Shown one piece after another: positions 46,736 to 55,796 of a stretch of DNA of 64,000 nt (positions within the stretch are counted from its first letter, which is position 1; each line of letters begins with the position of its first letter). The notes beneath the pieces were generated by a model. That model had not been told where the DNA came from. It searched no databases and worked only from the letters and a program-made list of their open reading frames with translations. A program made the position numbers and the translations under genes. Origin of the DNA: a virus (lineage: Duplodnaviria; Caudoviricetes); the IMG/VR virus record IMGVR_UViG_3300021511_000252, positions 24,141-88,140 of that record. One strand, 5' to 3'.

Positions 46736-46895
46736 ACAACTTTACCTTTATTTCTCTTCTCTTCAACTCTTCAGATAAGACAAGTAAGAGACCGGAATAA
46801 AAATTTTTCGCAGTATTATTTTGATACATCAAATTTACCATTTCTACAATTACTTTTCCTAAATTTATTCCGGCCCCATAAGATCTTATCATCAT
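46728..46895 (-). CDS. Small hypothetical protein (below track cutoff)
   Basis: Hand-translated MMIRSYGAGINLGKVIVEMVNLMYQNNTAKNFY...KLYD*, 55 aa. Confidence 0.55.
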   Translation of the reverse strand: MMIRSYGAGINLGKVIVEMVNLMYQNNTAKNFYSGLLLVLSEELKRREIKVKLYD

Positions 46896-46922
46896 TGCAC
46901 CATAGAAGATTTAAAGGTTAAA

Positions 46923-47069
46923 TTAATCATCCACAAATCTTTCGTCATCTGAATTTTCACATTTCGGACAAATATAAATAGGAATTTCATCATCTTCTTC
47001 CTCATCAAAAATATAATCACTTATAAAATCCTGGTCATCACCTATATGACCACACCTTAAACATTTCAT
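46923..47069 (-). CDS. Small zinc-ribbon protein (below track cutoff)
   Basis: Hand-translated MKCLRCGH...ICPKCE...*, 48 aa, GAGG RBS. Confidence 0.7.
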   Translation of the reverse strand: MKCLRCGHIGDDQDFISDYIFDEEEDDEIPIYICPKCENSDDERFVDD

Positions 47070-47087
47070 ATCGGATTACCTCTACAT

Positions 47088-47936
47088 CTATTTGACTACA
47101 GATATAAAACTCAAACAATCGTGCCCCGGAAACTTTATCTTATCTTTAGGAAGATCAAACTTTCGAAGTCTTCTTTCTATATAAAGTTTCTTATCTTCAC
47201 GAATCATCTCATATCTTTTCCCAGGATCCATAGCAGGAATCTCGCTCTTAGCTTCTCTATTATGATAAATAAGATCCCCTTTAGGCCACGCATATTTTCC
47301 TAAGAAAATTGCTCGATGGGTTAATTCAACATCACAATATTGAATCTTATATCCAGGATGAAACCAGCCCCCATTATACTCTACAAATTTCTTACTCGAA
47401 ATTCCGAAAGCAGCTCCATTACCATTCCTTAATGACATAACCCCTACTTGGTCAGGGAAAAATTCTATAAATTCTCTTACCATTCGCTCAATCCAATACT
47501 TGTCTGGAAAAGTAACAAGATTAGATACCCAACAGAAGAGATCTGTCTGGCATTCAAGCAGAGCTTGATTATAAGTTCCTACAGAATAGAGTCTTTTGCT
47601 AGAAAAGAAAGACTTAAAATTCTTAAAGAGCTTTTCTTTTTCGAAAACAATTTTTTCCGAATCAGAATCATCATCTACTACAACAATTACTGTAGCTTTT
47701 CCAACTTTAGAAACCGCTAAAGAATCTAAACAGGCTGAAAATTCTCCCAATCTTCCTCTTGTTGGAATTAAAATACTTAAATCTTTTGCAAACGGCCCCT
47801 CAGAAGAAGTCTCTTTTAAATTTAAAGACTTATCTTTTAATATTTTTTTTTGAAATTTAGAACTGGGACTCGGCTTCTTTACTTTTTTCTTGGTTGACTT
47901 TTTTAAAACCTTCTTTTTTGTTGATTTAGTTTCCAT
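47088..47936 (-). CDS. GT-A (GT2) glycosyltransferase
   Basis: LSILIPTRGR, VVVDDD, YCDVEL..RA; paralogue of 49957. Confidence 0.85.
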   Translation of the reverse strand: METKSTKKKVLKKSTKKKVKKPSPSSKFQKKILKDKSLNLKETSSEGPFAKDLSILIPTRGRLGEFSACLDSLAVSKVGKATVIVVVDDDSDSEKIVFEKEKLFKNFKSFFSSKRLYSVGTYNQALLECQTDLFCWVSNLVTFPDKYWIERMVREFIEFFPDQVGVMSLRNGNGAAFGISSKKFVEYNGGWFHPGYKIQYCDVELTHRAIFLGKYAWPKGDLIYHNREAKSEIPAMDPGKRYEMIREDKKLYIERRLRKFDLPKDKIKFPGHDCLSFISVVK

Positions 47937-47938
47937 GT

Positions 47939-48310
47939 CTATTCTCCTCTATAGTTAAACGTGTCTGGATCATTTTCATCATACTCCTCATTGGTGATAA
48001 TTAACACTTCACAAATAAGATTTGAAGCTGGATTAAACAGAAAGTGATATTCGTAGGGGATTACTTTGACAAACTCTTTAACTTTACTGTCTAAAAAACA
48101 AACTTTCTTTTCGTCCGTTTTAACATCAACAATTTCCAAAATACAAGAACCGCTTATAGCACAAAACCATTCTACTTTTCTCTTGTGATAATGACCTCCC
48201 CGAATGCATCCAGAATTTATTTCCAAAATAGAGAGCTGTCCAAAATCAACATCTGACTTATGCGCTAACTCTTGAAAAGAACCTTCTGCATTTTTATGGA
48301 TAGGGTTCAT
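47939..48310 (-). CDS. Cupin sugar epimerase (C-terminal domain of FnlB/CapF as a separate gene)
   Basis: GSFQEL, GQ.S, RGGHYHKRKVEWF, EEYDENDPDTF; own GGAGG RBS. Confidence 0.85.
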   Translation of the reverse strand: MNPIHKNAEGSFQELAHKSDVDFGQLSILEINSGCIRGGHYHKRKVEWFCAISGSCILEIVDVKTDEKKVCFLDSKVKEFVKVIPYEYHFLFNPASNLICEVLIITNEEYDENDPDTFNYRGE

Positions 48311-48998
48311 ACTTTTCCTCCTTTCCCTTTGGTCTATTCTCCTCTAAACGTTGATAAAATTTCAGAGTCTTCGCTAGCTTTCTATGCTTCCCAGATTTAA
48401 GATGAAAAGCAATCTGTCCTATTGTCATAACTTTCCCTCTAGGTCGAATATATCTATTAAATTCTGGAACAAGTAGCTCCTTTACAAAATCATCAATATA
48501 TATAAAATCTCTTTCAACCATTGGATCATTAATTGTAAGTTCTTCTCCAACAGAAAGTTGATGACAAAAAGTAGCAACAACAGAATTGTAGAAAGGCTTA
48601 CATCCAGGACCATATACGTTCGGAGCTCTGTAAATACACCATTTCCTAGCTTCTTTTACTGCACTTTCTTCTAGAAATTTAGAAATCCCATATTCACTTG
48701 TGGGGTTCGACTCTACTTGTGTAGAAGAAACAAAAATTAATTCAGGAAATTTATTTTCAAGATTCATCGCTAAGATAAGATTAGCTGTAGAAAGAAGATT
48801 ATTCTTCAGAAGCTTTCCGGGAGCCACTTCCCTGTTTTTACCTGCCAAGTGATAAATTCTGTCACAAGACTTTATAAATTCTCTAACATCTGGAAGATAA
48901 TCAAGGGTTTTATACCTTAAAAGCACAGGATTCTCTATCCTCCTGATTAAATGACTCCCGATAAATCCTTCTGCTCCTGTAATTCCTATTCTTTTCAT
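48294..48998 (-). CDS. NAD-dependent sugar reductase (N-terminal domain of FnlB/CapF/WbjC)
   Basis: GITGAEGFIG, HLAGKNR, SSTQ, YG.SK, PNVYGPGCKPFYNSVVATFCH. Confidence 0.88.
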   Translation of the reverse strand: MKRIGITGAEGFIGSHLIRRIENPVLLRYKTLDYLPDVREFIKSCDRIYHLAGKNREVAPGKLLKNNLLSTANLILAMNLENKFPELIFVSSTQVESNPTSEYGISKFLEESAVKEARKWCIYRAPNVYGPGCKPFYNSVVATFCHQLSVGEELTINDPMVERDFIYIDDFVKELLVPEFNRYIRPRGKVMTIGQIAFHLKSGKHRKLAKTLKFYQRLEENRPKGKEEKYEPYP

Positions 48999-49960
48999 AA
49001 CGCACCTGTACGTTTTAAGAGAGCTAAGGTTTCTTGTTGGTTAAACCGTGTTGTATTTTCTGAAGTGAAAGGAAGACTTAGAGAATAATCTCCAGATTTC
49101 TTTTTTGTCGAAACCTTTACATAGATTATTCCGTCTACAGCCATCTTTTCTTCCCCTTTAAAAACTTCTTCGCTCGTAAGAAGAGTTTCATGAATCTTTT
49201 CTCCAGGTCTAATTCCTATTATATCTTCAGAATATGCCTTCTTTATTCCCATTGAAATTGCCTTTGCTAAAGTACCAACAGTACAAGCGGGAGATTTAAT
49301 GACAAATAAATCACCTTGCTCCCCCTCTTCAATACATCGTTTAGATAAAAAAACAGCTTCGTTTAAAGTTAATAAGAATCTAGTCATGTTAGGATCAGTC
49401 ATTGTTACAGGCTTCCCTTCTTTAAGTTGAGATATAAAGAGAGGAATTACAGATCCACGTGAACCTATAACATTTCCATATCTTAAACTAACACAGATTG
49501 TATCTCCTTCATGAGCCGCTACAAGTTTTTCTGAAAGCCCTTTCGTCATTCCGTATGCATTTACTGGCATTACAGCTTTATCGGAAGATAGATTAACGAC
49601 CTTTTCTACTCCGCATTTTTCAGCCGCCTCTATAATATTCTGTGTTCCGAGAACATTCGTTAAAATAACTTCTTCAGGAAACTCTTCCCCCACAGGAACT
49701 TGCTTTAAAGCCGCCGCATGAAAAATAAAATCTACTTCTTTAAAAACTTTACAAAGTCTATGTTTGTCTCTAATATCTCCTATTATATATTGGATAGGCA
49801 GATTCCCAAATTCAAGTTTCATATCTTGTTGCTTCTTTTCATCTCGACTATAGACAATAATTTTTCTTATTTTGTTAAGCTGACTTTTATCCTGAAGATA
49901 ACTTTTTATAAGAGATTTCCCGAAAGAACCTGTACCACCTGTTACTAACATTGTCTTCAC
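48995..49960 (-). CDS. fnlA: UDP-GlcNAc 4,6-dehydratase/5-epimerase (FnlA/CapE/WbjB)
   Basis: TGGTGSFG, SRDEKKQ, FHAAALKQVP, LSSDKAV.PVNAYGMTK, RYGNVIGSRGSVIP, T.TDPNMTRF, GIRPGEKIHE. Confidence 0.92.
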   Translation of the reverse strand: MKTMLVTGGTGSFGKSLIKSYLQDKSQLNKIRKIIVYSRDEKKQQDMKLEFGNLPIQYIIGDIRDKHRLCKVFKEVDFIFHAAALKQVPVGEEFPEEVILTNVLGTQNIIEAAEKCGVEKVVNLSSDKAVMPVNAYGMTKGLSEKLVAAHEGDTICVSLRYGNVIGSRGSVIPLFISQLKEGKPVTMTDPNMTRFLLTLNEAVFLSKRCIEEGEQGDLFVIKSPACTVGTLAKAISMGIKKAYSEDIIGIRPGEKIHETLLTSEEVFKGEEKMAVDGIIYVKVSTKKKSGDYSLSLPFTSENTTRFNQQETLALLKRTGAL

Positions 49961-50688
49961 TTAACTTCTCCTTTCAGAGGCAAACTAACTTCTCTATAGC
50001 CTTCCCATTTATAGATCTTACTCTTAGGAAGACCAAAATTATTCTCAGATCTCTTATAAAAAATGCCTCTATCAAGTTTCTTTAATTTAATCTTTTCTTC
50101 CCAAGGAATAGCAGAAACAGCTTTAGTTATTCTTTCATCATGAAACACCCCATTATTTTCTAACCAAGCATAACGACCTAATAAAATCGCCCTTGTTGTA
50201 AGTTCATCATCAGAATAATAAAGAGTATAAGCAGGATTATATATTTCATTTTCATTATATCTTACAAATTCTTGAGTAGTTAAACAGAGGCCAGCTTTCT
50301 TTTTTTTAAATAAAGATAAAAGACCAACTCCATCTGGAAATCTTAAGTTAAATATATCCAGAGCTTTAATTAGCCAATTTGGTTCATAACTATTTTCATC
50401 ATTCATAAAACAAAAATATCTAGAAATACACATATTATAAAGAGAAATAAAAGCTTTAACAGGATAACATCTTTTTGCAGAATAATACACCTGATAAGAT
50501 CTGAACTTTTGCTTGTCCGGAAATTTCTCTGCTATAGAAAATGACTCTCTATCTTGATCAGCGTGAATTATTACATTAAGAAGATCTTTCACCCCTTCTG
50601 TTTCAGATAAAGAATAAAGACTATCAGATAATACCTTATATCTTCCTTTAGTAGGAAGAAGAACAGTTACCGAATTTGTATATTCCAA
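49957..50688 (-). CDS. GT-A (GT2) glycosyltransferase
   Basis: VTVLLPTKGR, MNDE, YYSDDELT.RA. Confidence 0.82.
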   Translation of the reverse strand: MEYTNSVTVLLPTKGRYKVLSDSLYSLSETEGVKDLLNVIIHADQDRESFSIAEKFPDKQKFRSYQVYYSAKRCYPVKAFISLYNMCISRYFCFMNDENSYEPNWLIKALDIFNLRFPDGVGLLSLFKKKKAGLCLTTQEFVRYNENEIYNPAYTLYYSDDELTTRAILLGRYAWLENNGVFHDERITKAVSAIPWEEKIKLKKLDRGIFYKRSENNFGLPKSKIYKWEGYREVSLPLKGEVK

Positions 50689-50697
50689 AATATTCTC

Positions 50698-51441
50698 CTA
50701 AATAAAATTCTTATAATGCCTTTTAATGTACGAATAATTCGGAAATTTTTTAGCTTGTTTAGTTACATACTCTCCACCCTTACTTGTAGAATCTATATGC
50801 CAAAATTTAAGATTCTTACAAAGAATATTCTCATACCCCCTATCGAACCATTCCCCACAAAAAGAATTACACATTCCCTTATTGAACTGGAGTTCAGCAA
50901 AGGACTTTCTAAAAATAAAAGATCCAGTACACCAAGCAGTTTGTACGAAATCTATTTTCTTTTCTTCAATTATTCTCCAGAAATTAATTTCTGGATCTCT
51001 GTTTCTAGCAAATCTAAAAGGAGCAGAATCTTCTGTAATTCCTTGCTTGTGAATTCCTCCTAAAGCACAAAGCTTAAAATCTTTTTCTAAAGATTCATAT
51101 ATTTCTATCATTTTTCGATAATATGCTCCAGTAGAAAGTAGAATATCATTGTCATGCTGAGCAACAAAGTCTCCTCTGGCAATTTTTATACCTGCCGCCA
51201 TTCCTAATCCATCACCAACATTCTTAGAAAAAAGAAGAGGTCGTATTGGATAATATCCATCATCAACTACCGATCTTAACCACTCACTTGTTCCATCTGT
51301 ACTTCCCTGGTCGACACAAATTATTTCGTAGGAATTCCGGTTTAATCCAGATTTTTCACTAATAGAAACAATAGTTCTTATTGTATATTCAAGTCGATTC
51401 CAAGTTCTAATGATTATACTTAGTCTCATCTTCCTCCTCAT
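50698..51441 (-). CDS. GT-A (GT2) glycosyltransferase
   Basis: LSIIIRTWNR, VDQGSTDGT, ARGDFVAQHDND. Confidence 0.88.
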   Translation of the reverse strand: MRRKMRLSIIIRTWNRLEYTIRTIVSISEKSGLNRNSYEIICVDQGSTDGTSEWLRSVVDDGYYPIRPLLFSKNVGDGLGMAAGIKIARGDFVAQHDNDILLSTGAYYRKMIEIYESLEKDFKLCALGGIHKQGITEDSAPFRFARNRDPEINFWRIIEEKKIDFVQTAWCTGSFIFRKSFAELQFNKGMCNSFCGEWFDRGYENILCKNLKFWHIDSTSKGGEYVTKQAKKFPNYSYIKRHYKNFI

Positions 51442-51638
51442 ATATAACTAAAGGATGTCCCTTCTGGCATTTTTTTTGGTTTTGTAACTTTGATATCTTT
51501 TATTTCTACCCCCGCAAGATCTTCTTCGGTGAAAAAAATTGCGGGAATAGAAGCTTGCAAAGTTTTTCCATTACTAAATTCAATAAAGACATTCTGAAAA
51601 TATTCCAGCTCTTTTTGCTTCTTCTTTTTTTTAAACAT
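51438..51638 (-). CDS. Hypothetical protein
   Basis: 66-aa ORF. Confidence 0.65.
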   Translation of the reverse strand: MFKKKKKQKELEYFQNVFIEFSNGKTLQASIPAIFFTEEDLAGVEIKDIKVTKPKKMPEGTSFSYI

Positions 51639-51640
51639 AA

Positions 51641-51778
51641 TTACTTACCACCCGCTCCCCTTTTTCCTCCGGTTTGTTTTCCTGTTCCTTTGCCTCCAGT
51701 TCTTCTTCCTTTTCCTCCGCCACTACCATCTCTTTTCCTGCCTCCAGCCGGAGGCCCTGTCTGATCACGTCGGGGCAT
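51641..51778 (-). CDS. Gly/Arg/Lys-rich peptide (MPRxDxTGP start, DUF5320-like)
   Basis: Hand-translated MPRRDQTGPPAGGRKRDGSGGGKGRRTGG..., 45 aa, AGGAGG RBS. Confidence 0.7.
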   Translation of the reverse strand: MPRRDQTGPPAGGRKRDGSGGGKGRRTGGKGTGKQTGGKRGAGGK

Positions 51779-51801
51779 CTTAATTTCCTCCTTAAATAAG
51801 A

Positions 51802-52734
51802 TTAAATAAATTTTATTTCTTCAACTTCACTACTTAATCCCCAGTTTGGTCTGGAAATATTAGCACAAATACAATCTCCCACTTCAGCATATTCTTTCCA
51901 AACATCAATATTAAATTGTTTAAGAACGCCAAAATTTCTTTCAGAATCGCTTAAACTATGATGAAGATGAAAATCAGCTTCTCCTTCTAAAACTTTTAAT
52001 TTTAATCCTAGCCCAATTTTTCCCCAATGATCATTAACTTTTCCAACTATTTGTTTCCCATCCTTGGGGGGATTTCTAGTTAATCTTCTAAAAAGATCTA
52101 AATTATATGAACTCCATTCTGAAAAAAACTCATTATGCCCTCCTACTTTTATAAAATTAGATTTTTTCAAACACATCCAGGTAGCTTCGTTATATATTCC
52201 AGAAGAAGAAATGTTTGTATCAGCTTTATAAGCAAATAAATGATTAACATCTATTTTCCATCTTGTTTTTTCAAAAGCTTCTCTACATTCTTTCACTGTA
52301 AATCCTGGAGTACTAGAATGTTTAAGAAAATGATAGGGGGTTGTAACTACAATGATATCATCTCCCCAATTACTAAATTGAGTAGATGCCTTTACGAGAA
52401 CTCCGGGAGTTAGAATTCTTGCAGCATCAACTGCTAGAAGAAGATATTCTCCTTGAGCATATTGCCTTACCCCAAGATTAACAGGAAAAGTAGCATTTGA
52501 AATAGTTTTAGCTCTATTATCGTAGACTTGGATTAAACGAAGATTATCTTTAAGGGAAATATAAGATCTTAAACCTTCTTCTATTTCTTTATCTTCAGGA
52601 TTGGTGTTTACAATTATTATTTCGAGCTTATTAAATGAAATACCATATTGTTTAGAGAGAGAAAAAATAGTCTTATCAAGTTCCCACCAATGACCATGAG
52701 TTGGGATAACAATTGATAAAGAAACCTTCTCCAT
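51802..52734 (-). CDS. GT-A (GT2-like) glycosyltransferase
   Basis: LSIVIPT, LEIIIVN, AQGEYLLLAVDAA, F.KVGGH.E.F, FH..H. Confidence 0.8.
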   Translation of the reverse strand: MEKVSLSIVIPTHGHWWELDKTIFSLSKQYGISFNKLEIIIVNTNPEDKEIEEGLRSYISLKDNLRLIQVYDNRAKTISNATFPVNLGVRQYAQGEYLLLAVDAARILTPGVLVKASTQFSNWGDDIIVVTTPYHFLKHSSTPGFTVKECREAFEKTRWKIDVNHLFAYKADTNISSSGIYNEATWMCLKKSNFIKVGGHNEFFSEWSSYNLDLFRRLTRNPPKDGKQIVGKVNDHWGKIGLGLKLKVLEGEADFHLHHSLSDSERNFGVLKQFNIDVWKEYAEVGDCICANISRPNWGLSSEVEEIKFI

Positions 52735-52746
52735 GAGCTTTTCTCC

Positions 52747-52956
52747 TTATCCGCTATTCGTAGGTTGAAAGTGAACAAGACCTTCTTCTTTCATTCTATA
52801 TAAGAAATCATAATGAAGACCTTCCATAACTTTATTCGCTATAGCTTTATCGTCTTTAAAGAACTTACGGGCAAATTCAAACCTAGAATGAACTTGTTCT
52901 CCTTTCCTAAAGAAAGTTATACTTCCAATCACTTCTGTAATTATTTCTTCACCCAT
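52747..52956 (-). CDS. Hypothetical protein
   Basis: 69-aa ORF. Confidence 0.65.
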   Translation of the reverse strand: MGEEIITEVIGSITFFRKGEQVHSRFEFARKFFKDDKAIANKVMEGLHYDFLYRMKEEGLVHFQPTNSG

Positions 52957-52983
52957 ATTCTTTAATTCTACCTTCCTTTATTT

Positions 52984-53652
52984 CTACATACAAGCCGCTA
53001 AAGGTAATTTTTCAGGTCTTTCTCTAGAACCATGTTCGTTCGCCATTTTATTAAATCCTTTTTCATTAGATTCTAAGAAAAGCTTTAAGGCTATTACATT
53101 ATCTGTTTCTGGGTAAGTATATTTATTCTTAAGGTGAATACAAAGATCTGTTATTTTATTCTTCTCTATTCTTTTAACAAACCCTTCTTTCTTTAAGATA
53201 TAATCATACTTTTCCCCCCTAACAAACAGCCTTCCTGTTTTATTATAAATTTCAAGCTCTTCTGAACCAATAAGATCTAAAAGAAGATCGGTAGCTTTTT
53301 TCTCAGCTTTTTTTCTCTTAGCCTCTATTTCTTTTCTCTTAATCCTTGCTTTTTCTCTCTCTTTTCTCGCTTCTTCTTTTATTCTTCTTATTTCCTCTTG
53401 AGAAAGTATCGAACCAGAATTAAAATAGGGTGGAAAATTGGAATTCGATATAACAGGAGTTGTATCTCTAGATCCCTCTTCTACCCAAGCCTCCCAAACC
53501 TGAGAAGAATGTGTTCCTTCATAAGTACAAGATTCGTTCCATGTTTCCCAGGTATAATCTGCAACACTTGCTAAAGGAGAATCAGTACCAGTAGTCCAAG
53601 TGTTCCATGCATATTCAGAAGAAGAAGCTGTATTAGTACAATAAGCAGACAT
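52984..53652 (-). CDS. Hypothetical protein with Trp-repeat N-terminus and conserved phage C-terminal domain
   Basis: AWNTW/TWETW/VWEAW repeats, coiled coil, A..LL...G...V.G...LCIH...P..D...ALKL.LE..E..F...AN. Confidence 0.75.
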   Translation of the reverse strand: MSAYCTNTASSSEYAWNTWTTGTDSPLASVADYTWETWNESCTYEGTHSSQVWEAWVEEGSRDTTPVISNSNFPPYFNSGSILSQEEIRRIKEEARKEREKARIKRKEIEAKRKKAEKKATDLLLDLIGSEELEIYNKTGRLFVRGEKYDYILKKEGFVKRIEKNKITDLCIHLKNKYTYPETDNVIALKLFLESNEKGFNKMANEHGSRERPEKLPLAACM

Positions 53653-53656
53653 TAGC

Positions 53657-53878
53657 TTATCCTCCCACTAAAGCAGGAGTCATAATAACCTTTCCCGCTT
53701 CTGGATTAAAAGTTTTAATTTCTCTTCCTTGTTTCCCGTCTTTCTTGACTTGAAAAGCTTTAAATCCTTTTTTGATTAAAGAATTAAATTGATCTTCTGC
53801 TGCTCCAGTCTCATCCTTATTTTCTGGATCCCAAATAACTTTTGTATCGCCTTCTGTACCTAAAATAGCCATCTCTCC
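53657..53878 (-). CDS. Conserved small phage protein
   Basis: MGEMAILG.EGDTKVIWDP.N.DE..AA..QF..L.KKGF.AF pattern; start re-called at MGEM. Confidence 0.75.
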   Translation of the reverse strand, partial: GEMAILGTEGDTKVIWDPENKDETGAAEDQFNSLIKKGFKAFQVKKDGKQGREIKTFNPEAGKVIMTPALVGG

Positions 53879-53892
53879 CATTTTTCTCACCT

Positions 53893-53980
53893 CCTTTCTT
53901 TATTCTTACCTTACTATTCTTACTACTTTCTTTACTCTTACTACTTTCTTTACTCTTACTACTTTCTTTATTCTTACTGC
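53893..53980. repeat. 18-bp intergenic tandem repeat
   Basis: Minus strand AGTAAGA(A/G)TAAAGAAAGT x3 plus partial copies. Confidence 0.85.
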
Positions 53981-54001
53981 TTCTTTATCTTGCTACTTTT
54001 G

Positions 54002-54418
54002 CTATCTATTAATTGCAGAATAGATTTCTCCAAATCCACCAAAAATAGTAGTAGTAGAAGAAGTATTAAAAGTATCAGAAGAATCAGAAGAACCATATGT
54101 TCTTAGAATTTGAACATGAACAGCAGGACGAGGAACTTCAAATTGAATTTGAAGCTTTAAAATCATATCTACAAGATTATTGACTTCTTTCATCTTCTTT
54201 ATTCTTCTTTCTTTTTCTTTATTATCTGCTACTAAATCTGGATGAAATTTCTTAGCTAAGATTCTTCTTTTCTTCCTAGCTGTTCTCTTTAGATCTTCTA
54301 ATCTTTCAAGAGCTAATTGAGGAGAAGAAGATTCTAGAAGATTTAGAAATCTCTCTTCTTTAATCTCTAAGAGAAATAAAATTCTTTGAAAATTTCTTAT
54401 ATCTAAATTATTTCTCAT
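54002..54418 (-). CDS. J-domain-like protein
   Basis: KKRRILAKKFHPDL...MKEVN; HPD loop between helices. Confidence 0.75.
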   Translation of the reverse strand: MRNNLDIRNFQRILFLLEIKEERFLNLLESSSPQLALERLEDLKRTARKKRRILAKKFHPDLVADNKEKERRIKKMKEVNNLVDMILKLQIQFEVPRPAVHVQILRTYGSSDSSDTFNTSSTTTIFGGFGEIYSAINR

Positions 54419-54662
54419 TCTTTATCTCTATTTTTAAAGCGGGAGCTTTTCCTGTTCTAAAGAATTTTTCCCATTCTTCCGCCCAATCATCTCTATATTC
54501 TTCAGGCTCTAATAGACGGGAATTTTTATCACCAAAAGAAGAGCAATTAAAGACAGGACAACTACAACACATATTTCCTTGATAGAAAGGTTCCTTCCTG
54601 TAAGGACAATCAGAAAGGCAAGAATCTGGAACAATAAACTGTAATTTAGAACCTATTTTCAT
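54408..54662 (-). CDS. Small Cys-rich hypothetical protein
   Basis: C..DCPY...CCSCPVFNC. Confidence 0.7.
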   Translation of the reverse strand: MKIGSKLQFIVPDSCLSDCPYRKEPFYQGNMCCSCPVFNCSSFGDKNSRLLEPEEYRDDWAEEWEKFFRTGKAPALKIEIKNEK

Positions 54663-54689
54663 ATTGCTTCTCCTTATTGACTTATTCAG

Positions 54690-55140
54690 AAACTCAAAAA
54701 GAATTAAAGAATTAAAGAATTATTCTAATATATATATAGTTCTAATAGAATAATAACAAAATATATAATACTTGCCTTCTGTGAAGAAACCCCCTCCCCC
54801 CCGGAGAAAAAATATATAATATATATAATATTACTAAAATATATATACTTTTCTTCAGTAAGAGAGAAGGTTTTTCTTAATCGATCTTTCAATCATTCTT
54901 TTTCGCCTCGTCGATTAAGAAAAAACCAAGTAAACCCAACAAATTACTACTTAGATTTCCCAGGTCTAAGCTTTCATAAGTCAGTATTTTTCCTTTCTGT
55001 ACAAGAAACCCAACCTGTTCGCACTCCGTTAAGAGCTCCTCCGCTTATCAATTGATAAGAACAGGCTCAGAAACAAGAAAGTAATATCTCCGCCCCCACT
55101 TTCGTTTTCGGAAATACTAACTAAATATACTACGTTCTTT
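54690..55140. other. Non-coding palindrome-rich, AT-rich region (origin- or ncRNA-like)
   Basis: 14-bp inverted repeat 54871-54884/54911-54924, 16-bp palindrome 55044-55059, AT-dinucleotide tracts around a C-run. Confidence 0.45.
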
Positions 55141-55145
55141 TTTTA

Positions 55146-55685
55146 CTATTTCTCAAGACCTTTCTTTTCTTTCATTAGAACTATCTCAAAAGAATAATCT
55201 TCACATATAGAATCACTAGAAACTATTTTAACATTCCCATATGAAAATACTGGAGGTCCCTCTTCTAATATTATTTTTACGAAATCTAAACTGAATTTAT
55301 CTATCTTGTGATTTGAATTTCTAGGCTTTTTATTTTCTTTGCAGTATTTTCGGTAAGCTTGTTCATCTGGAAGATAAAGGACGAGAAATCCTCCAGGTTT
55401 AATTACTCTTATCCATTCCCATAAAGTAGATTTCATTTCATCAATTGAAAAATCTTCTAAAAGATGAGATGAGAAAATATAGTCTAAACAATTATCCTTA
55501 AACCAATAAAGATTTCGACCATCACCTATAAGATTCTGAGGATGATCTCCTACTTTTGTATATGGTTTTTCTAAATCTAAAGTTATCGCTGTAGGAATTA
55601 TAGGATCTCCACCGTATCCTATATCAAGGCCGTTTCCTATACAAAATTTCTTTAATCTCTCCCGGCACTTAGATGCTTCAGACAT
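55146..55685 (-). CDS. SAM-dependent methyltransferase (Methyltransf_11-like)
   Basis: GLDIGYG, YIFSSHLLED, EWIRVIKPGG.L.LYLPD. Confidence 0.88.
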   Translation of the reverse strand: MSEASKCRERLKKFCIGNGLDIGYGGDPIIPTAITLDLEKPYTKVGDHPQNLIGDGRNLYWFKDNCLDYIFSSHLLEDFSIDEMKSTLWEWIRVIKPGGFLVLYLPDEQAYRKYCKENKKPRNSNHKIDKFSLDFVKIILEEGPPVFSYGNVKIVSSDSICEDYSFEIVLMKEKKGLEK

Positions 55686-55796
55686 AATCGCAACCCCCTT
55701 ACCTTAACGTGTGGCATTAACTTATATAACGAAGTGGCTCAGAATGGCGTTTAGGCGTCCTCAGAGCAAAGTTTAATTTATTTAGCGGTTAAAAAT

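Noticed and set aside
48294-48310. Frameshift artefact splitting fnlB
   Set aside because: The cupin gene has a strong GGAGG RBS with an ATG at proper spacing, indicating a real split.
53893-53980. Possible CRISPR array
   Set aside because: Units are contiguous with no unique spacers, and there are no cas genes.
53891-54004. TAG readthrough or alternative genetic code after the J-domain gene
   Set aside because: Long genes are intact under code 11 and several end cleanly in TAG; the open frame comes from the repeat.
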